Source of the DNA: a virus
Length of the DNA stretch: 42,855 bases
Virus genome (UHGV): UHGV-0159603
Direction: 5' to 3' (one strand)
Position 1 is the first letter of the stretch. Every line of letters begins with the position of its first letter. This document shows positions 8,873 to 18,520 of the stretch, one piece after another. The notes beneath the pieces are model-generated. The model did not search any database. It saw only the letters and a list, made by a program, of their open reading frames with translations, and had not been told where the DNA came from. A program made the translations under genes and the position numbers.

Positions 8873-9226
8873 ATGAGAAAACAGATACAGGCTCTTGGTC
8901 GACTCAAAACAGGCCAGATGAACAAAACAGAATCTGCGTATTGCCAGCACCTTGAGCTGCGTAAACGTGCAGGAGAAATCGTCTGGTATCGATTTGAGGG
9001 TATCAAGCTGCGGTTAGCTGACAACTGCTTCCTGACTGTAGATTTTGCCGTGATGTTGGCTGACGGGCAGTTGGTGATGGTGGACGTTAAGGGAAGTAAG
9101 TCAGTCTTTACTGACGATGCGAGAGTCAAGATGAAGGTTGCGGCAGACAGCTATCCGTTTGTCTTTCAGGTTGCTTATCCAAAACCTAAAAAGCTCGGTG
9201 GTGGATGGGAGGTTGAGGAACTATGA
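8873..9226 (+). CDS. DUF1064-family phage protein
   Basis: Pattern HLELRKRAGEIVWYRFEGIKLRL...VDFAVMLADGQLVMVDVKG consistent with DUF1064. Confidence 0.45.
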   Translation: MRKQIQALGRLKTGQMNKTESAYCQHLELRKRAGEIVWYRFEGIKLRLADNCFLTVDFAVMLADGQLVMVDVKGSKSVFTDDARVKMKVAADSYPFVFQVAYPKPKKLGGGWEVEEL

Positions 9227-9831
9227 GCGAGAAGCCCAATGCTGCGGGATTGATTGTATCCGGTGATAAAAACCCGAATTGGAAGGGTGGGAAAATCGAA
9301 AAGGTTTGCTCCGTATGTGGCAGGCAATATCAGGTTAAGCGAGCCAACTCATCTTCAAGGTTCTGCTCACTTCAGTGTGTAGGAATTTCACAGCGAGGCA
9401 AGACGGTAAATCGGGAACTAAAGCGAGTATTAAAAATATGCTGCGTATGCGGATCTTCGTTCTCCGTTTTCTTGAGTCATGAGAAGCGTCATAAATGCTG
9501 CTCGAAACAGTGTTCCAACATAATGCGTTCTTCTCTGATGAAGGGGGAAGGAAATCCAAACTGGTCTGGTGGATTATCGAGATTGCCGTATCCGTGGGAT
9601 TTCCGAGAAACGAGCAAGAGGGTTATTGAGCGAGATGGTTTTACTTGTCAGAACCCATGTTGTGATGGAACAGACAAAAGGCTAACAACTCATCACATCA
9701 ATTACGACAAGCAAGACTGTCGTCAGGAGAACCTTATTTGCCTTTGTTCTAGCTGTAACTCGAAGGCTAATTTCGGTCGGCATAAGTGGCAAAAGTTTTA
9801 TGAATCACTGATGAAAAATAGATCGGCATGA
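9223..9831 (+). CDS. HNH endonuclease
   Basis: Cys-rich zinc-binding segments and HNH core (DGFTCQNPCCDG...THHINYDK...NLICLCSSCN). Confidence 0.8.
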   Translation: MSEKPNAAGLIVSGDKNPNWKGGKIEKVCSVCGRQYQVKRANSSSRFCSLQCVGISQRGKTVNRELKRVLKICCVCGSSFSVFLSHEKRHKCCSKQCSNIMRSSLMKGEGNPNWSGGLSRLPYPWDFRETSKRVIERDGFTCQNPCCDGTDKRLTTHHINYDKQDCRQENLICLCSSCNSKANFGRHKWQKFYESLMKNRSA

Positions 9832-9892
9832 ATCGACGATCTTTTTAGTTATCAATGTAATCAATAAGTTATGTGGATAAGCGAGGGTAAAG

Positions 9893-10372
9893 ATGGAAAG
9901 TAATATCAAAGGGTTAGTTGCCGCCGGGCATGAGATGGCTTCGGAACTGAAAGCTGAATGTGGTGCCGTTGATATGCGCAGTGTGGCAAAGCTGATCAGC
10001 GATTTGGCAACGCAACTGGAAGTGCAACTGGTGCGTGCTAATGCGCTGGCAGCGGAGAATGCGGGGATGAAGGCTGGAATACTGCAGGCATCAGAAAATA
10101 TGGAAGCACATCATGATGACCATGGCCTATTCAGCTATGACGCTGATGGCGAGCAAATGGACGCACTATTACGGCTTTGTGACGCTCAGGAATCAATAGC
10201 ATTGTTGGAGAATGTCAAAACCCCAGCCACCGACGCTTTCCTGGCTGAAGTGCGCGCGCAGGGGGTGGAGATGTTTGCTGCCAGCCTGAAGGTTGTTGGC
10301 GTTCATGAGCACCCATATTCAGCAGTGGCTAACGAGTTCGCTGACCAGCTTCGCAAAGGAGGCAACCAGTGA
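9893..10372 (+). CDS. Hypothetical acidic phage protein
   Basis: ORF with GAGGG RBS; no recognised domain. Confidence 0.5.
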   Translation: MESNIKGLVAAGHEMASELKAECGAVDMRSVAKLISDLATQLEVQLVRANALAAENAGMKAGILQASENMEAHHDDHGLFSYDADGEQMDALLRLCDAQESIALLENVKTPATDAFLAEVRAQGVEMFAASLKVVGVHEHPYSAVANEFADQLRKGGNQ

Positions 10373-10971
10373 GCAAAATTAACTACCAGGCACTGCGTGA
10401 GGCGGCAGAGAAGGCCACTCCTGGCCGCGTCGGTGACCGTATAGACGGAAGCGGTAGCATCAAATACGAATGCCATGGTTATGATGGGTCTCTGGTCTTA
10501 CGTACAGATCATAAAAACATGGAGTACGGATTTATTGGTGATAACAGTAACGCCGATGAGCTGTTCTTCAGGTTGTGTGTGCCAGATGTAATTCTGGCGC
10601 TGCTGGATGAGCTTGATAAGTGGCAACAGGAATCATCAGCATGGCAGGCGGTTGCGGAGAAGCACCTGGCTTTGGCGGAAGATGCAGAGAAGCGCATTGC
10701 AGAACTGGAAGCACGGGAAATAAAACCAGCCAAAGGTGAAGTTCTGGTCGTTGTATCTGGTTTTACTGGTTGCGGAAAAAGCGCCATTGCCGGGGAAATA
10801 GAAATCGCGATGAAGGCTATTGGTGTACCGGTTAAGTGGACTAATGGCGATGCAGAAAAGCGCATGACTGGCGCTGACTGGCTGACTGCGATTGAGATGT
10901 ACAAACCAACTGTGCGCATCGTGGAAGTTAATGTGCCCCGCACCGCTGGCATTCGCATCAAAGGAGAGTGA
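10369..10971 (+). CDS. Ead/Ea22-like family protein
   Basis: N-terminus MSKINYQALREAAEKATPG typical of Ea22-like proteins; GTG start with GGAGG RBS. Confidence 0.5.
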   Translation: MSKINYQALREAAEKATPGRVGDRIDGSGSIKYECHGYDGSLVLRTDHKNMEYGFIGDNSNADELFFRLCVPDVILALLDELDKWQQESSAWQAVAEKHLALAEDAEKRIAELEAREIKPAKGEVLVVVSGFTGCGKSAIAGEIEIAMKAIGVPVKWTNGDAEKRMTGADWLTAIEMYKPTVRIVEVNVPRTAGIRIKGE

Positions 10972-10972
10972 T

Positions 10973-11488
10973 ATGGCGTTAACACACCGCGAACTCTGTC
11001 AGATTGCGTACAAGTTCCTTAAGCGCAACGGGTTCAAGGTTTGTTTTCATGACCGCTTTATAGCTGTAACCAGTACCGGAGAACAGCCAGATGCTATGGG
11101 ATTCAGAAATTCAGCATCATGCCTGATAGAAGCGAAGTGTTCTCGTGCTGACTTGTTAGCAGATAGAAAAAAGCGTTTTCGTAAAAATCCGTCTCTTGGA
11201 ATGGGCGACTGGCGATTCTTTATTAGTGAGCCGGGAATTATTTCAATTGAGGATTTACCACCTGGCTGGGGATTACTTCACGTTGTTAACGGAAGAGTAC
11301 GGAAAGTACATGGATGGCCCAGGGGTAATTGCTGTTGGGGTAATCCTGACGATAAGCCATTTACTGGGAATAAGCAGGTTGAATGCGATTACATGTTATC
11401 TGCATTAAGGCGCATGGAGCTAAGAGGACACCTTAATGAAATATATGACGGTGTAATTGTTAATAAGAAAGAAGGAAACGCGGCATGA
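10973..11488 (+). CDS. Putative PD-(D/E)XK nuclease-fold protein (MmcB-like)
   Basis: QPD...IEAK motif arrangement; start ATG 10973 after AAGGAGAG RBS. Confidence 0.4.
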   Translation: MALTHRELCQIAYKFLKRNGFKVCFHDRFIAVTSTGEQPDAMGFRNSASCLIEAKCSRADLLADRKKRFRKNPSLGMGDWRFFISEPGIISIEDLPPGWGLLHVVNGRVRKVHGWPRGNCCWGNPDDKPFTGNKQVECDYMLSALRRMELRGHLNEIYDGVIVNKKEGNAA

Positions 11489-11991
11489 TCACTATTACCA
11501 AAGAGCGACTACTGACAATCAAGCAGTGGCGCGAAACATACGGACCTGGTAGCAACGTTGTACTGCCAGCAGAAGAAGCGGAAGAACTGGCACGAATTGC
11601 ACTGGCATCGCTGGAAGCAGAACCGGTGGCGTGGAAGGTAACATTCACGCAAATTGACCGTGAATATAACACGTTCACTGGTATGTATTCTGACAAAGCA
11701 GAAGTCGAACGGTGGGTGCGGCTGCATAAAGCATGTAATTTTCGGGCAGATATAACACCGCTTTATACCGCCAAGCCAGTGCCGGTAACTCCGGATGGTT
11801 GGATAAGCTGTAGTGAGCGAATGCCCGCTCAAGATGATTGGATTTTAATTTATTCAAAGCACGGCGAGTATATGGCAGGACAGGTGCAAGGGGAATACGT
11901 GGAGTTGAGCGACGGCACTTTATCGTGGTTAGGGAACGCCTTGTACTGGATGCCGCTACCAGAACCGCCGCAGGAGGTTAACCGTGGCTAA
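11485..11991 (+). CDS. DUF551 domain protein
   Basis: C-terminal ...WLGNALYWMPLPEPP signature of DUF551. Confidence 0.55.
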   Translation: MITITKERLLTIKQWRETYGPGSNVVLPAEEAEELARIALASLEAEPVAWKVTFTQIDREYNTFTGMYSDKAEVERWVRLHKACNFRADITPLYTAKPVPVTPDGWISCSERMPAQDDWILIYSKHGEYMAGQVQGEYVELSDGTLSWLGNALYWMPLPEPPQEVNRG

Positions 11992-12265
11992 CCTTCAACT
12001 GGCAGTTAACGGTGAATATTTCGACCAGATGAAGTCTGGAGAGAAAACGGAAGAGTATCGCTTGTGTAATGACTACTGGAATAAGCGAATTCTGTTCCGC
12101 GAGTATGACCGCCTGATTATCACAAAGGGATATCCGAAGCGCGATGATTCCAGTCGTAGAATAGACGTCCCGTATGAAGGGTATGAAATCAAGACAATCA
12201 CACATCCGCACTTCGGCGATAAACCGGTAAATGTGTTCGCGATAAAGGTAAATATTGATGGCTAA
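11984..12265 (+). CDS. Hypothetical protein (possible ASCH/PUA-like fold)
   Basis: GTG start preceded by AGGAGG; small nin-region ORF. Confidence 0.4.
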   Translation: MANLQLAVNGEYFDQMKSGEKTEEYRLCNDYWNKRILFREYDRLIITKGYPKRDDSSRRIDVPYEGYEIKTITHPHFGDKPVNVFAIKVNIDG

Positions 12266-12596
12266 ATCAGCAGCAGAGCGCAAAGCCGCTCAGAGAGCCA
12301 GACAAGCTGAATCCGGTGTACGTAAGCTGGAGATTGTGCTGGATGCTCAGGAAATTGAAATGCTGGAGCGTAACTGTGCCACGCGTCGCCCCGGGCGTGC
12401 GCCTTACGAATTTGGGGAGTATATAGCGTTACTGATCCGCCAGGATGATGCACGCGTGCGCGGGCGTATAAAATCGATTAGCAGAAAACGTTGCGGTAAG
12501 TGCGGCGAGAAAGTTCCCGTTAATTCATGCCCGTGTAATGGTGACTCGCAATGCTGGGTGACTAAAGGCTGGCATGAAACTAAATTAATAGTGTGA
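12258..12596 (+). CDS. Hypothetical protein with C-terminal Cys cluster
   Basis: RKRCGKCGEKVPVNSCPCNGDSQC zinc-ribbon-like tail; ATG 12258. Confidence 0.45.
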   Translation: MAKSAAERKAAQRARQAESGVRKLEIVLDAQEIEMLERNCATRRPGRAPYEFGEYIALLIRQDDARVRGRIKSISRKRCGKCGEKVPVNSCPCNGDSQCWVTKGWHETKLIV

Positions 12597-12604
12597 CATG
12601 TCAC
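12593..12604. repeat. Perfect 12-bp palindrome GTGACATGTCAC (copy 1 of 2)
   Basis: Identical copy at 32730..32741; both lie at a gene 3-prime end just before a terminator. Confidence 0.6.
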
Positions 12605-12645
12605 GAGTAGATTATGCATGATGAATTTGATGGGTTTTGAATACT

Positions 12646-12671
12646 GCCGCCAACTATGGCGGCTTTATTTT
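12646..12671 (+). terminator. Rho-independent terminator after nin-like block
   Basis: GCCGCC-AACTAT-GGCGGC then TTTATTTT. Confidence 0.65.
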
Positions 12672-12682
12672 GCATGGTACTA

Positions 12683-12715
12683 TTACCACAACGGTAACAA
12701 TTACCAGGGTGGTTA
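12683..12715. promoter_or_regulatory. Tandem dyad sites TTACCACAACGGTAA (12683..12697) and TTACCAGGGTGGTTA (12701..12715) before terminase genes
   Basis: TTACC-N5-GGTAA family; second copy overlaps RBS/start of small terminase gene. Confidence 0.5.
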
Positions 12716-13311
12716 TGATGCCTGCTGAACCTAAAACCTATAAACGCAAATCAACGCAATTTAAGCCACTAACCGCAATGCAGGAGGCTTATTGCCAGTC
12801 ATACATCAAAACGCCTGAAAACCAGACTCAGGCAGCGATTAACGCAGGATTCTCCCCAAATACAGCGGCAGTTAAAGCCAGTGTCATGATGCGCGATGAA
12901 CGCATTCAAAAACGGATTGCCGAGTTGATGGAGGAGCGCAACAAACGAATGCGCGTCAGTGCCGATTACGTTCTCATGCGCCTGGTGGAGATCGACCAGA
13001 TGGACGTGATCGACATCCTCAACGACGATGGGAGCCTTAAGCCAATCCGCGAGTGGCCGAAAATCTGGCGCACTACGCTTAGTGGCTTTGATCTGTCATC
13101 GACCATCATGAACATGAACGAGGATTCGATAGAGACAATCCTCAAAAAAATTAAATGGCCTGACAAGGTGAAGAACCTCGAACTGATTGGTAAGCACGTC
13201 GACGTCAACGCATTCAAAGAACGCCTGGATGTTAATGTGAATGTGACAATTGCTGATCGCATAGCAGCAGCCAGGAAGCGACTCAAAGAACGTCAGGATG
13301 GCAATCAGTGA
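12715..13311 (+). CDS. Terminase small subunit
   Basis: LTAMQEAYCQSYIKTPENQTQAAINAGFSPNTAAVKAS matches small-terminase HTH pattern; start ATG 12715/12718. Confidence 0.7.
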   Translation: MMPAEPKTYKRKSTQFKPLTAMQEAYCQSYIKTPENQTQAAINAGFSPNTAAVKASVMMRDERIQKRIAELMEERNKRMRVSADYVLMRLVEIDQMDVIDILNDDGSLKPIREWPKIWRTTLSGFDLSSTIMNMNEDSIETILKKIKWPDKVKNLELIGKHVDVNAFKERLDVNVNVTIADRIAAARKRLKERQDGNQ

Positions 13312-14783
13312 CAGATGCAGCGTTATCTCCTGAAGAGCAGTTGATCGAGGATATTGCAGGGTTCACTCACGATCCGCTTGGCTATGCCCTCTATGCGTTC
13401 CCGTGGGGGGAAGATGGGACTGAACTGGCACATGCCGCCGGTCCACGTCAGTGGCAGGCTGATGCGTTCCGAGAGATACGTGATCACCTGCAGAATCCAG
13501 AGACGCGCTATCAGCCGCTTATGCTGGCACGCGCTTCGGGTCACGGTATTGGTAAATCCGCATTCATCTCAATGCTGATCAACTGGGGCATGTCCACTTG
13601 CGAGGATTGTAAGGTTGTGGTGACCGCCAACACCGACAACCAGCTACGAACGAAGACCTGGCCGGAAATTATCAAGTGGTCGAACCTTGCTATCACGAAA
13701 GACTGGTTTACCTGTACCGCTACCGCGATGTACAGCAATGACCCTGGGCACGACAAGCGGTGGCGAGCTGACGCAATCCCCTGGTCTGAGCACAACACTG
13801 AGGCATTCGCCGGATTACACAATGAGCGCAAACGCATCATCGTGGTATTCGATGAAGCGTCGAACATTGCGGATCTGGTGTGGGAAGTTGCCGAGGGTGC
13901 GCTAACGGACGAAGACACTGAGATTATCTGGGTGGCGTTCGGAAACCCTACACGTAACACCGGGCGTTTTCGCGAATGTTTCCGCAAATATAAACACCGC
14001 TGGAAAACTGCGCAGATTGACAGCCGGACGGTGGAAGGCACTAACAAACAGCAGTTGCAGAAATGGGTTGATGACTACGGGGAAGACAGCGACTTCGTTA
14101 AAATCCGTGTGCGCGGCATATTCCCTGATGCATCTGAATTGCAGTTTATCCCTACCGGCCTTACTGACGAGGCAATGAAACGGGTGGTCACCGCTGCGCA
14201 GGTTGCACATGCTCCGGTGATAATCGGTGTTGACCCGGCATATTCAGGCGTTGATGACGCGGTGATATACCTGCGGCAGGGGCTACACAGTAAGGTGCTG
14301 TGGACTGGCAACAAGACTACCGACGATCTGATTATGGCGAAGCGTATCGCTGACTTTGAAGACCAGTATCAGGCTGACGCGGTGTTCATCGACTTCGGTT
14401 ACGGAACCGGTTTGAAGTCAATCGGTGATGGCTGGGGACGTACATGGCAACTTGTTCCGTTCGGTGGTGCGTCAACTGACCCTCAGATGCTCAACAAGCG
14501 CGGGGAGATGTTCAACTCATGCAAGACATGGCTGAGGTTGGGCGGGATGCTGGATGACCAGGAAACAGCGGACGATCTGTCGGCGGCAGAGTACAAAGTT
14601 CGCGTGGACGGTAAAATCGTTATCGAACCGAAGGAAGATATCAAAGAACGACTTGGGCGTTCGCCTGGTAAAGGAGATGCGCTACTGCTGACGTTTGCTT
14701 TCCCGGTGTCAAAGCGCCTGCGACTTCCCGGGCAGCAGAACCAGCAAGGCAAGGCGCTTACCGAGTACGATCCATATGCTTAG
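13308..14783 (+). CDS. Terminase large subunit
   Basis: Walker A-like SGHGIGKS, ATPase plus nuclease domain architecture, 491 aa. Confidence 0.85.
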   Translation: MTDAALSPEEQLIEDIAGFTHDPLGYALYAFPWGEDGTELAHAAGPRQWQADAFREIRDHLQNPETRYQPLMLARASGHGIGKSAFISMLINWGMSTCEDCKVVVTANTDNQLRTKTWPEIIKWSNLAITKDWFTCTATAMYSNDPGHDKRWRADAIPWSEHNTEAFAGLHNERKRIIVVFDEASNIADLVWEVAEGALTDEDTEIIWVAFGNPTRNTGRFRECFRKYKHRWKTAQIDSRTVEGTNKQQLQKWVDDYGEDSDFVKIRVRGIFPDASELQFIPTGLTDEAMKRVVTAAQVAHAPVIIGVDPAYSGVDDAVIYLRQGLHSKVLWTGNKTTDDLIMAKRIADFEDQYQADAVFIDFGYGTGLKSIGDGWGRTWQLVPFGGASTDPQMLNKRGEMFNSCKTWLRLGGMLDDQETADDLSAAEYKVRVDGKIVIEPKEDIKERLGRSPGKGDALLLTFAFPVSKRLRLPGQQNQQGKALTEYDPYA

Positions 14784-15598
14784 TCTTTATTTTTATCCTC
14801 GAAACCTGATAATCCAGATAGAACACCAAAGTTATTAAAAACGTTTGGCTTACCAGATTTTAATCCGGATAAGTTGTGTTGCTCCAAAAAGTTGCTAATT
14901 GTTTGGCCGTTGCCAAGTGCAAGGCTTTTTATTTGAGATTTTTCAGGGTATTTGAGTTTGTATTCGTCGAAATCATTTTGGAGGGTCTTATATGCCTCAT
15001 TCATTCTTCCAAGAGTTTCCGATATCTCTTTTAATGAATGATTTAGAGCTGCTAACTGAGCACTGGCGGATCTCAATTCGTCATCTTTAGCTTTCAACTC
15101 GGCAGTCAATTCCCCCATACTATTCTTTGATCGAATAATCTCTTCTTTCATCTCTTGGATGTCTTTTTCCGCGCCAGTCTTAACTTTGTCGTATGTAACA
15201 TCTTTTTTAGCCAATAACCTCTGCAGTCTTGTTTCACGCTGGATTTTTCTTGCCTTCAGGTGATTTTCGATTGAGTCATTATTATCAAGAGGCTTTGCTT
15301 GCCATACGTTAATGATATTGTTTACCCATGGTAATAGGCAGCAGATAGCAATTACAGATAAGCATGGATAAAACATAACAGTTTTCCATGTGCTGTTATC
15401 TGAGATATATGAAATTTTATCTATTATGTTTGATTTGCTAAAAAATAGATAAAGAATTGATTTCCAGTTGAAGGCGCACCAGGACATAACAAAAGCACCA
15501 AGCACAGGGTTTTTGGCTCGATTCACGGCAGTATTGGCAGTAGATAAAAACAGCTCTTTGAACGATTCAAACATGCTAATTACCTTGAAGTTTTTCAT
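14780..15598 (-). CDS. AT-rich moron: membrane protein with N-terminal TM helices and C-terminal coiled coil, unknown function
   Basis: Opposite strand to flanking late genes, about 37% GC, own terminator upstream and dyad site at RBS; ATG 15598. Confidence 0.6.
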   Translation of the reverse strand: MKNFKVISMFESFKELFLSTANTAVNRAKNPVLGAFVMSWCAFNWKSILYLFFSKSNIIDKISYISDNSTWKTVMFYPCLSVIAICCLLPWVNNIINVWQAKPLDNNDSIENHLKARKIQRETRLQRLLAKKDVTYDKVKTGAEKDIQEMKEEIIRSKNSMGELTAELKAKDDELRSASAQLAALNHSLKEISETLGRMNEAYKTLQNDFDEYKLKYPEKSQIKSLALGNGQTISNFLEQHNLSGLKSGKPNVFNNFGVLSGLSGFEDKNKD

Positions 15599-15602
15599 GA
15601 TT

Positions 15603-15617
15603 ATACCTTTAAGGTAA
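15603..15617. promoter_or_regulatory. Dyad site ATACC-TTTAA-GGTAA overlapping the moron RBS
   Basis: TTACC-N5-GGTAA family; 5 nt upstream of ATG 15598. Confidence 0.45.
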
Positions 15618-15631
15618 TTTGCGGTCATCAA

Positions 15632-15657
15632 GCAAAAAAATGCCCGGCGAACCGGGC
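15632..15657 (-). terminator. Rho-independent terminator downstream of tRNA
   Basis: GCCCGG-TTCG-CCGGGC followed by T7 run on minus strand. Confidence 0.65.
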
Positions 15658-15820
15658 GAACTGGAAGCAATGAGTTATGCCTTCCGTGGCTGCACGGGTT
15701 TACAGCATGAAGTCATCGCAATGGCGTCCTGCTGTAAAAAGGGCGGTGATAGTCCTTCAAGGGAAACTATCACCGCCAAGCACCTGGAACTTCTGGCATC
15801 ACGGTCCTTAGGCGTGATTC

Positions 15821-15897
15821 TGGCGTGGTATGCAGGATTCGAACCTGCGACCAACCGCTTAGAAGGCGGTTGCTCTGTCCAACTGAGCTAATGCCAC
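15821..15897 (-). tRNA. tRNA-Arg (anticodon UCU), phage-encoded
   Basis: Minus-strand cloverleaf: D-arm GCTCAGTTGGACAGAGC, anticodon loop CTTCTAA, T-arm GCAGGTTCGAATCCTGC, 3-prime CCA encoded; one C-A mismatch in acceptor stem. Confidence 0.8.
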
Positions 15898-16219
15898 AAC
15901 GCTGAGAGCACTTAGCCTGTTAAGGCGCCACACTTTGTCGCGGCTCCATAAATGCTCTCATCGTTGTACCCTCGTCTCTTCCGAGGCGTCACACCAAATC
16001 GCCGGGATGGTGAATCCCCGTGCGCGGAATAAAACCGCTCGACTTGCACATTCCGGCTACCTGGTTCGTTTGCCCGAGCAAGGGAGGGTGCCCCTTAAAC
16101 GTATCCAGACCGCTATCGTCGCATGTGCCATACGCCGTACTGCTCAAAATAAAAGCTCACTCCACCTGTTCAATTTAACGACAAGCCAGTCAGGTTAATA
16201 ACCGGAATGAACCCTTTAC

Positions 16220-16234
16220 TTACCTGAAAGGTAA
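16220..16234. promoter_or_regulatory. Dyad site TTACCTGAAAGGTAA upstream of head-gene operon
   Basis: TTACC-N5-GGTAA family, about 90 bp upstream of ATG 16325. Confidence 0.45.
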
Positions 16235-16324
16235 TAATTTGTGCGTTAAATGTCAACTATCTACGATAAATAAATCATATGTGGTTAAATTGGTAATGAT
16301 TTAATTGCGTACGGAGTCATTGAT

Positions 16325-16531
16325 ATGTGCATGGGTAGCTCACCATCAGTGCCTGCAACACCAGAAGTTCAGGCAGCACCACAGGAGCAGGATGCCGCCG
16401 TTGTTGATGCCCGCGACGAAGAAACACGTCGCCGTCGCGCTGCTGCTGGTCGTAGTTCTACGCTGCTTACCGGTTCTCAGGGCGACACATCAACCGCTAA
16501 TACCAGCGGTAAAACGCTGCTTGGTCAGTAA
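16325..16531 (+). CDS. Small low-complexity hypothetical protein preceding portal gene
   Basis: RBS context GGAGTCATTGA repeated before this ORF and before the portal gene. Confidence 0.4.
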   Translation: MCMGSSPSVPATPEVQAAPQEQDAAVVDARDEETRRRRAAAGRSSTLLTGSQGDTSTANTSGKTLLGQ

Positions 16532-16545
16532 CCGGAGTCATTGAA

Positions 16546-18225
16546 ATGGCGGAAACAACTAAAGAGCGATTGAACAAACAGTTCGCACAACTTGAAAGCG
16601 AGCGTCAGTCGTTCGAGCCGCACTGGCGCGAGTTGAGTGATTACATCAACCCGCGTGGTTCCCGCTTTCTGACTTCTGAGGTCAACCGTAACGATCGACG
16701 CAATACACGCATTATTGATTCGACCGGGACTATGGCGGCGCGCACTCTCGCCAGCGGCATGATGTCAGGCATCACAAGCCCCGCCCGTCCGTGGTTTCGC
16801 CTGGCTACGCCAGATCCTGAAATGATGGATTATGGCCCTGTTAAGTTGTGGCTTGAGGCGGTGCAGAACCGCATGAACGATATGTTCAATAAGTCGAATC
16901 TCTACCAGTCTCTTCCGCAGTTATACGGAAGCCTCGGCACATACAGCACTGGTGCAATGGCGGTGCTGGAGGATGACGAGGACATCATTCGCACAATGCC
17001 ATTCCCTATAGGCAGTTACTACCTGGCTAACTCACCTCGTGGCAGTGTGGACACCTGTTTCCGCAAGTTCTCTATGACTGTTCGTCAGCTTGTTCAGGAG
17101 TTCGGGCTAAATAACGTCAGCGAATCCGTAAAAAGCATGTGGGAAAGCGGCACCTACGAGAAGTGGATTGAAGTGATGCATTCGGTTTACCCGAACATTG
17201 ACCGCGATACATCGAAGCTGGATAGCAAGAACAAGCCATTCAAATCGGTTTATTACGAGGTTGGTGGCGATAACGACAAGTTGTTGCGTGAGTCCGGATT
17301 CGATGAGTTTCCAATTATGGCTCCGCGCTGGGAAGTTAACGGCGAAGATGTTTATGGATCATCATGCCCGGGTATGCTGGCGCTTGGACCTGTTAAGGCA
17401 TTGCAGCTTCTCCAGAAGCGCAAGTCGCAGTTGATTGATAAAGCCACCAATCCGCCGATGGTTGCTCCGACTTCCCTCAAGAATCAGCGCGCCTCCCTTC
17501 TTCCTGGCGACATCACGTATATCGATCAGATTACTGGTCAGGATGGCTTCAGGCCTGCTTATCTGGTTAACCCCAGTACAGCAGATTTGGTGGCAGACAT
17601 TCAGGACACCCGTCAAATCATTAACAGCGCCTACTTTGTCGATCTGTTCATGATGTTGCAGAACATCAATACCCGCTCGATGCCTGTTGAAGCGGTAATC
17701 GAAATGAAAGAAGAAAAACTTCTGATGTTGGGGCCGGTTCTGGAGCGTCTGAACGACGAATGTCTTAATCCTCTCATTGACCGCGCTTTCTCGATGATGG
17801 TGCGTAAAAACATGCTGCCGCCACCGCCTGACGCGATGGAAGGTATGCCCCTGAAGGTCGAATACATTTCCGTCATGGCTCAGGCGCAGAAGTCTATCGG
17901 CCTGTCCAGTCTGGCGTCTACGGTCAACTTCATTGGTCAACTTGCGCAAGCGAAACCAGAAGCTCTCGACAAACTCAACGTTGATCAGGCGATCGATGCA
18001 TTCGCTGATATGTCCGGAGTGTCTCCAACCGTCATTGTTCCGCAGGAACAGGTTGAGCAGGCTCGCCAGCAACGGGCACAGCAGCAACAGCAGCAACAAA
18101 TGATGGCGATGGGGATGGCGGCGGCACAGGGTGCCAAGACGCTAAGCGAAGCTAAAACTTCGGATCCGAGTGTTTTGTCAGCTATGGCGAATGCAGTTAG
18201 TGGTCAGGGTGGGCAATCACAATGA
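16546..18225 (+). CDS. Portal (head-to-tail connector) protein, T7 gp8-like
   Basis: C-terminal QQQQQQQMMAMGMAAAQGA tail resembles T7 gp8 C-terminus; 559 aa; position after terminase. Confidence 0.7.
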   Translation: MAETTKERLNKQFAQLESERQSFEPHWRELSDYINPRGSRFLTSEVNRNDRRNTRIIDSTGTMAARTLASGMMSGITSPARPWFRLATPDPEMMDYGPVKLWLEAVQNRMNDMFNKSNLYQSLPQLYGSLGTYSTGAMAVLEDDEDIIRTMPFPIGSYYLANSPRGSVDTCFRKFSMTVRQLVQEFGLNNVSESVKSMWESGTYEKWIEVMHSVYPNIDRDTSKLDSKNKPFKSVYYEVGGDNDKLLRESGFDEFPIMAPRWEVNGEDVYGSSCPGMLALGPVKALQLLQKRKSQLIDKATNPPMVAPTSLKNQRASLLPGDITYIDQITGQDGFRPAYLVNPSTADLVADIQDTRQIINSAYFVDLFMMLQNINTRSMPVEAVIEMKEEKLLMLGPVLERLNDECLNPLIDRAFSMMVRKNMLPPPPDAMEGMPLKVEYISVMAQAQKSIGLSSLASTVNFIGQLAQAKPEALDKLNVDQAIDAFADMSGVSPTVIVPQEQVEQARQQRAQQQQQQQMMAMGMAAAQGAKTLSEAKTSDPSVLSAMANAVSGQGGQSQ

Positions 18226-18518
18226 CAGATTACGAAGACGATCAACTGAAAGAAGAAAACGCCCGTAAGCAACGTGACATGGCGCAGCGTGAAATTGATG
18301 ACATTCGCTTTGTCATGAGCAGTGAACAGGGGCGTCGCGTTGTCTGGTCGGTGCTGGAGAAAGGCCGTGTGTTTTCCGCTATCTCACCGATGGACGCTAT
18401 GGCAATGGCATTTAATGAGGGGCAACGCAATCTGGCGCTGGAACTGTTTCAACGCGTTATGGCGCATTGCCCTGAACAGTATTTGAAGATGGCCAAAGAG
18501 GCCAGTGAACAGGAGTGA
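18222..18518 (+). CDS. Hypothetical phage protein
   Basis: ATGA-coupled to portal gene. Confidence 0.45.
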   Translation: MTDYEDDQLKEENARKQRDMAQREIDDIRFVMSSEQGRRVVWSVLEKGRVFSAISPMDAMAMAFNEGQRNLALELFQRVMAHCPEQYLKMAKEASEQE

Positions 18519-18520
18519 TC

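Noticed and set aside
15900-16210. Possible second tRNA or structured RNA upstream of the tRNA-Arg
   Set aside because: No T-arm/D-arm signature or cloverleaf found by eye; treated as promoter/leader sequence.
17362-18099. 245-aa minus-strand ORF inside the portal gene (and similar long antisense ORFs at 21770..22474 and 25565..26092)
   Set aside because: Fully embedded antisense to well-supported structural genes; low-complexity translations; typical antisense artefacts.
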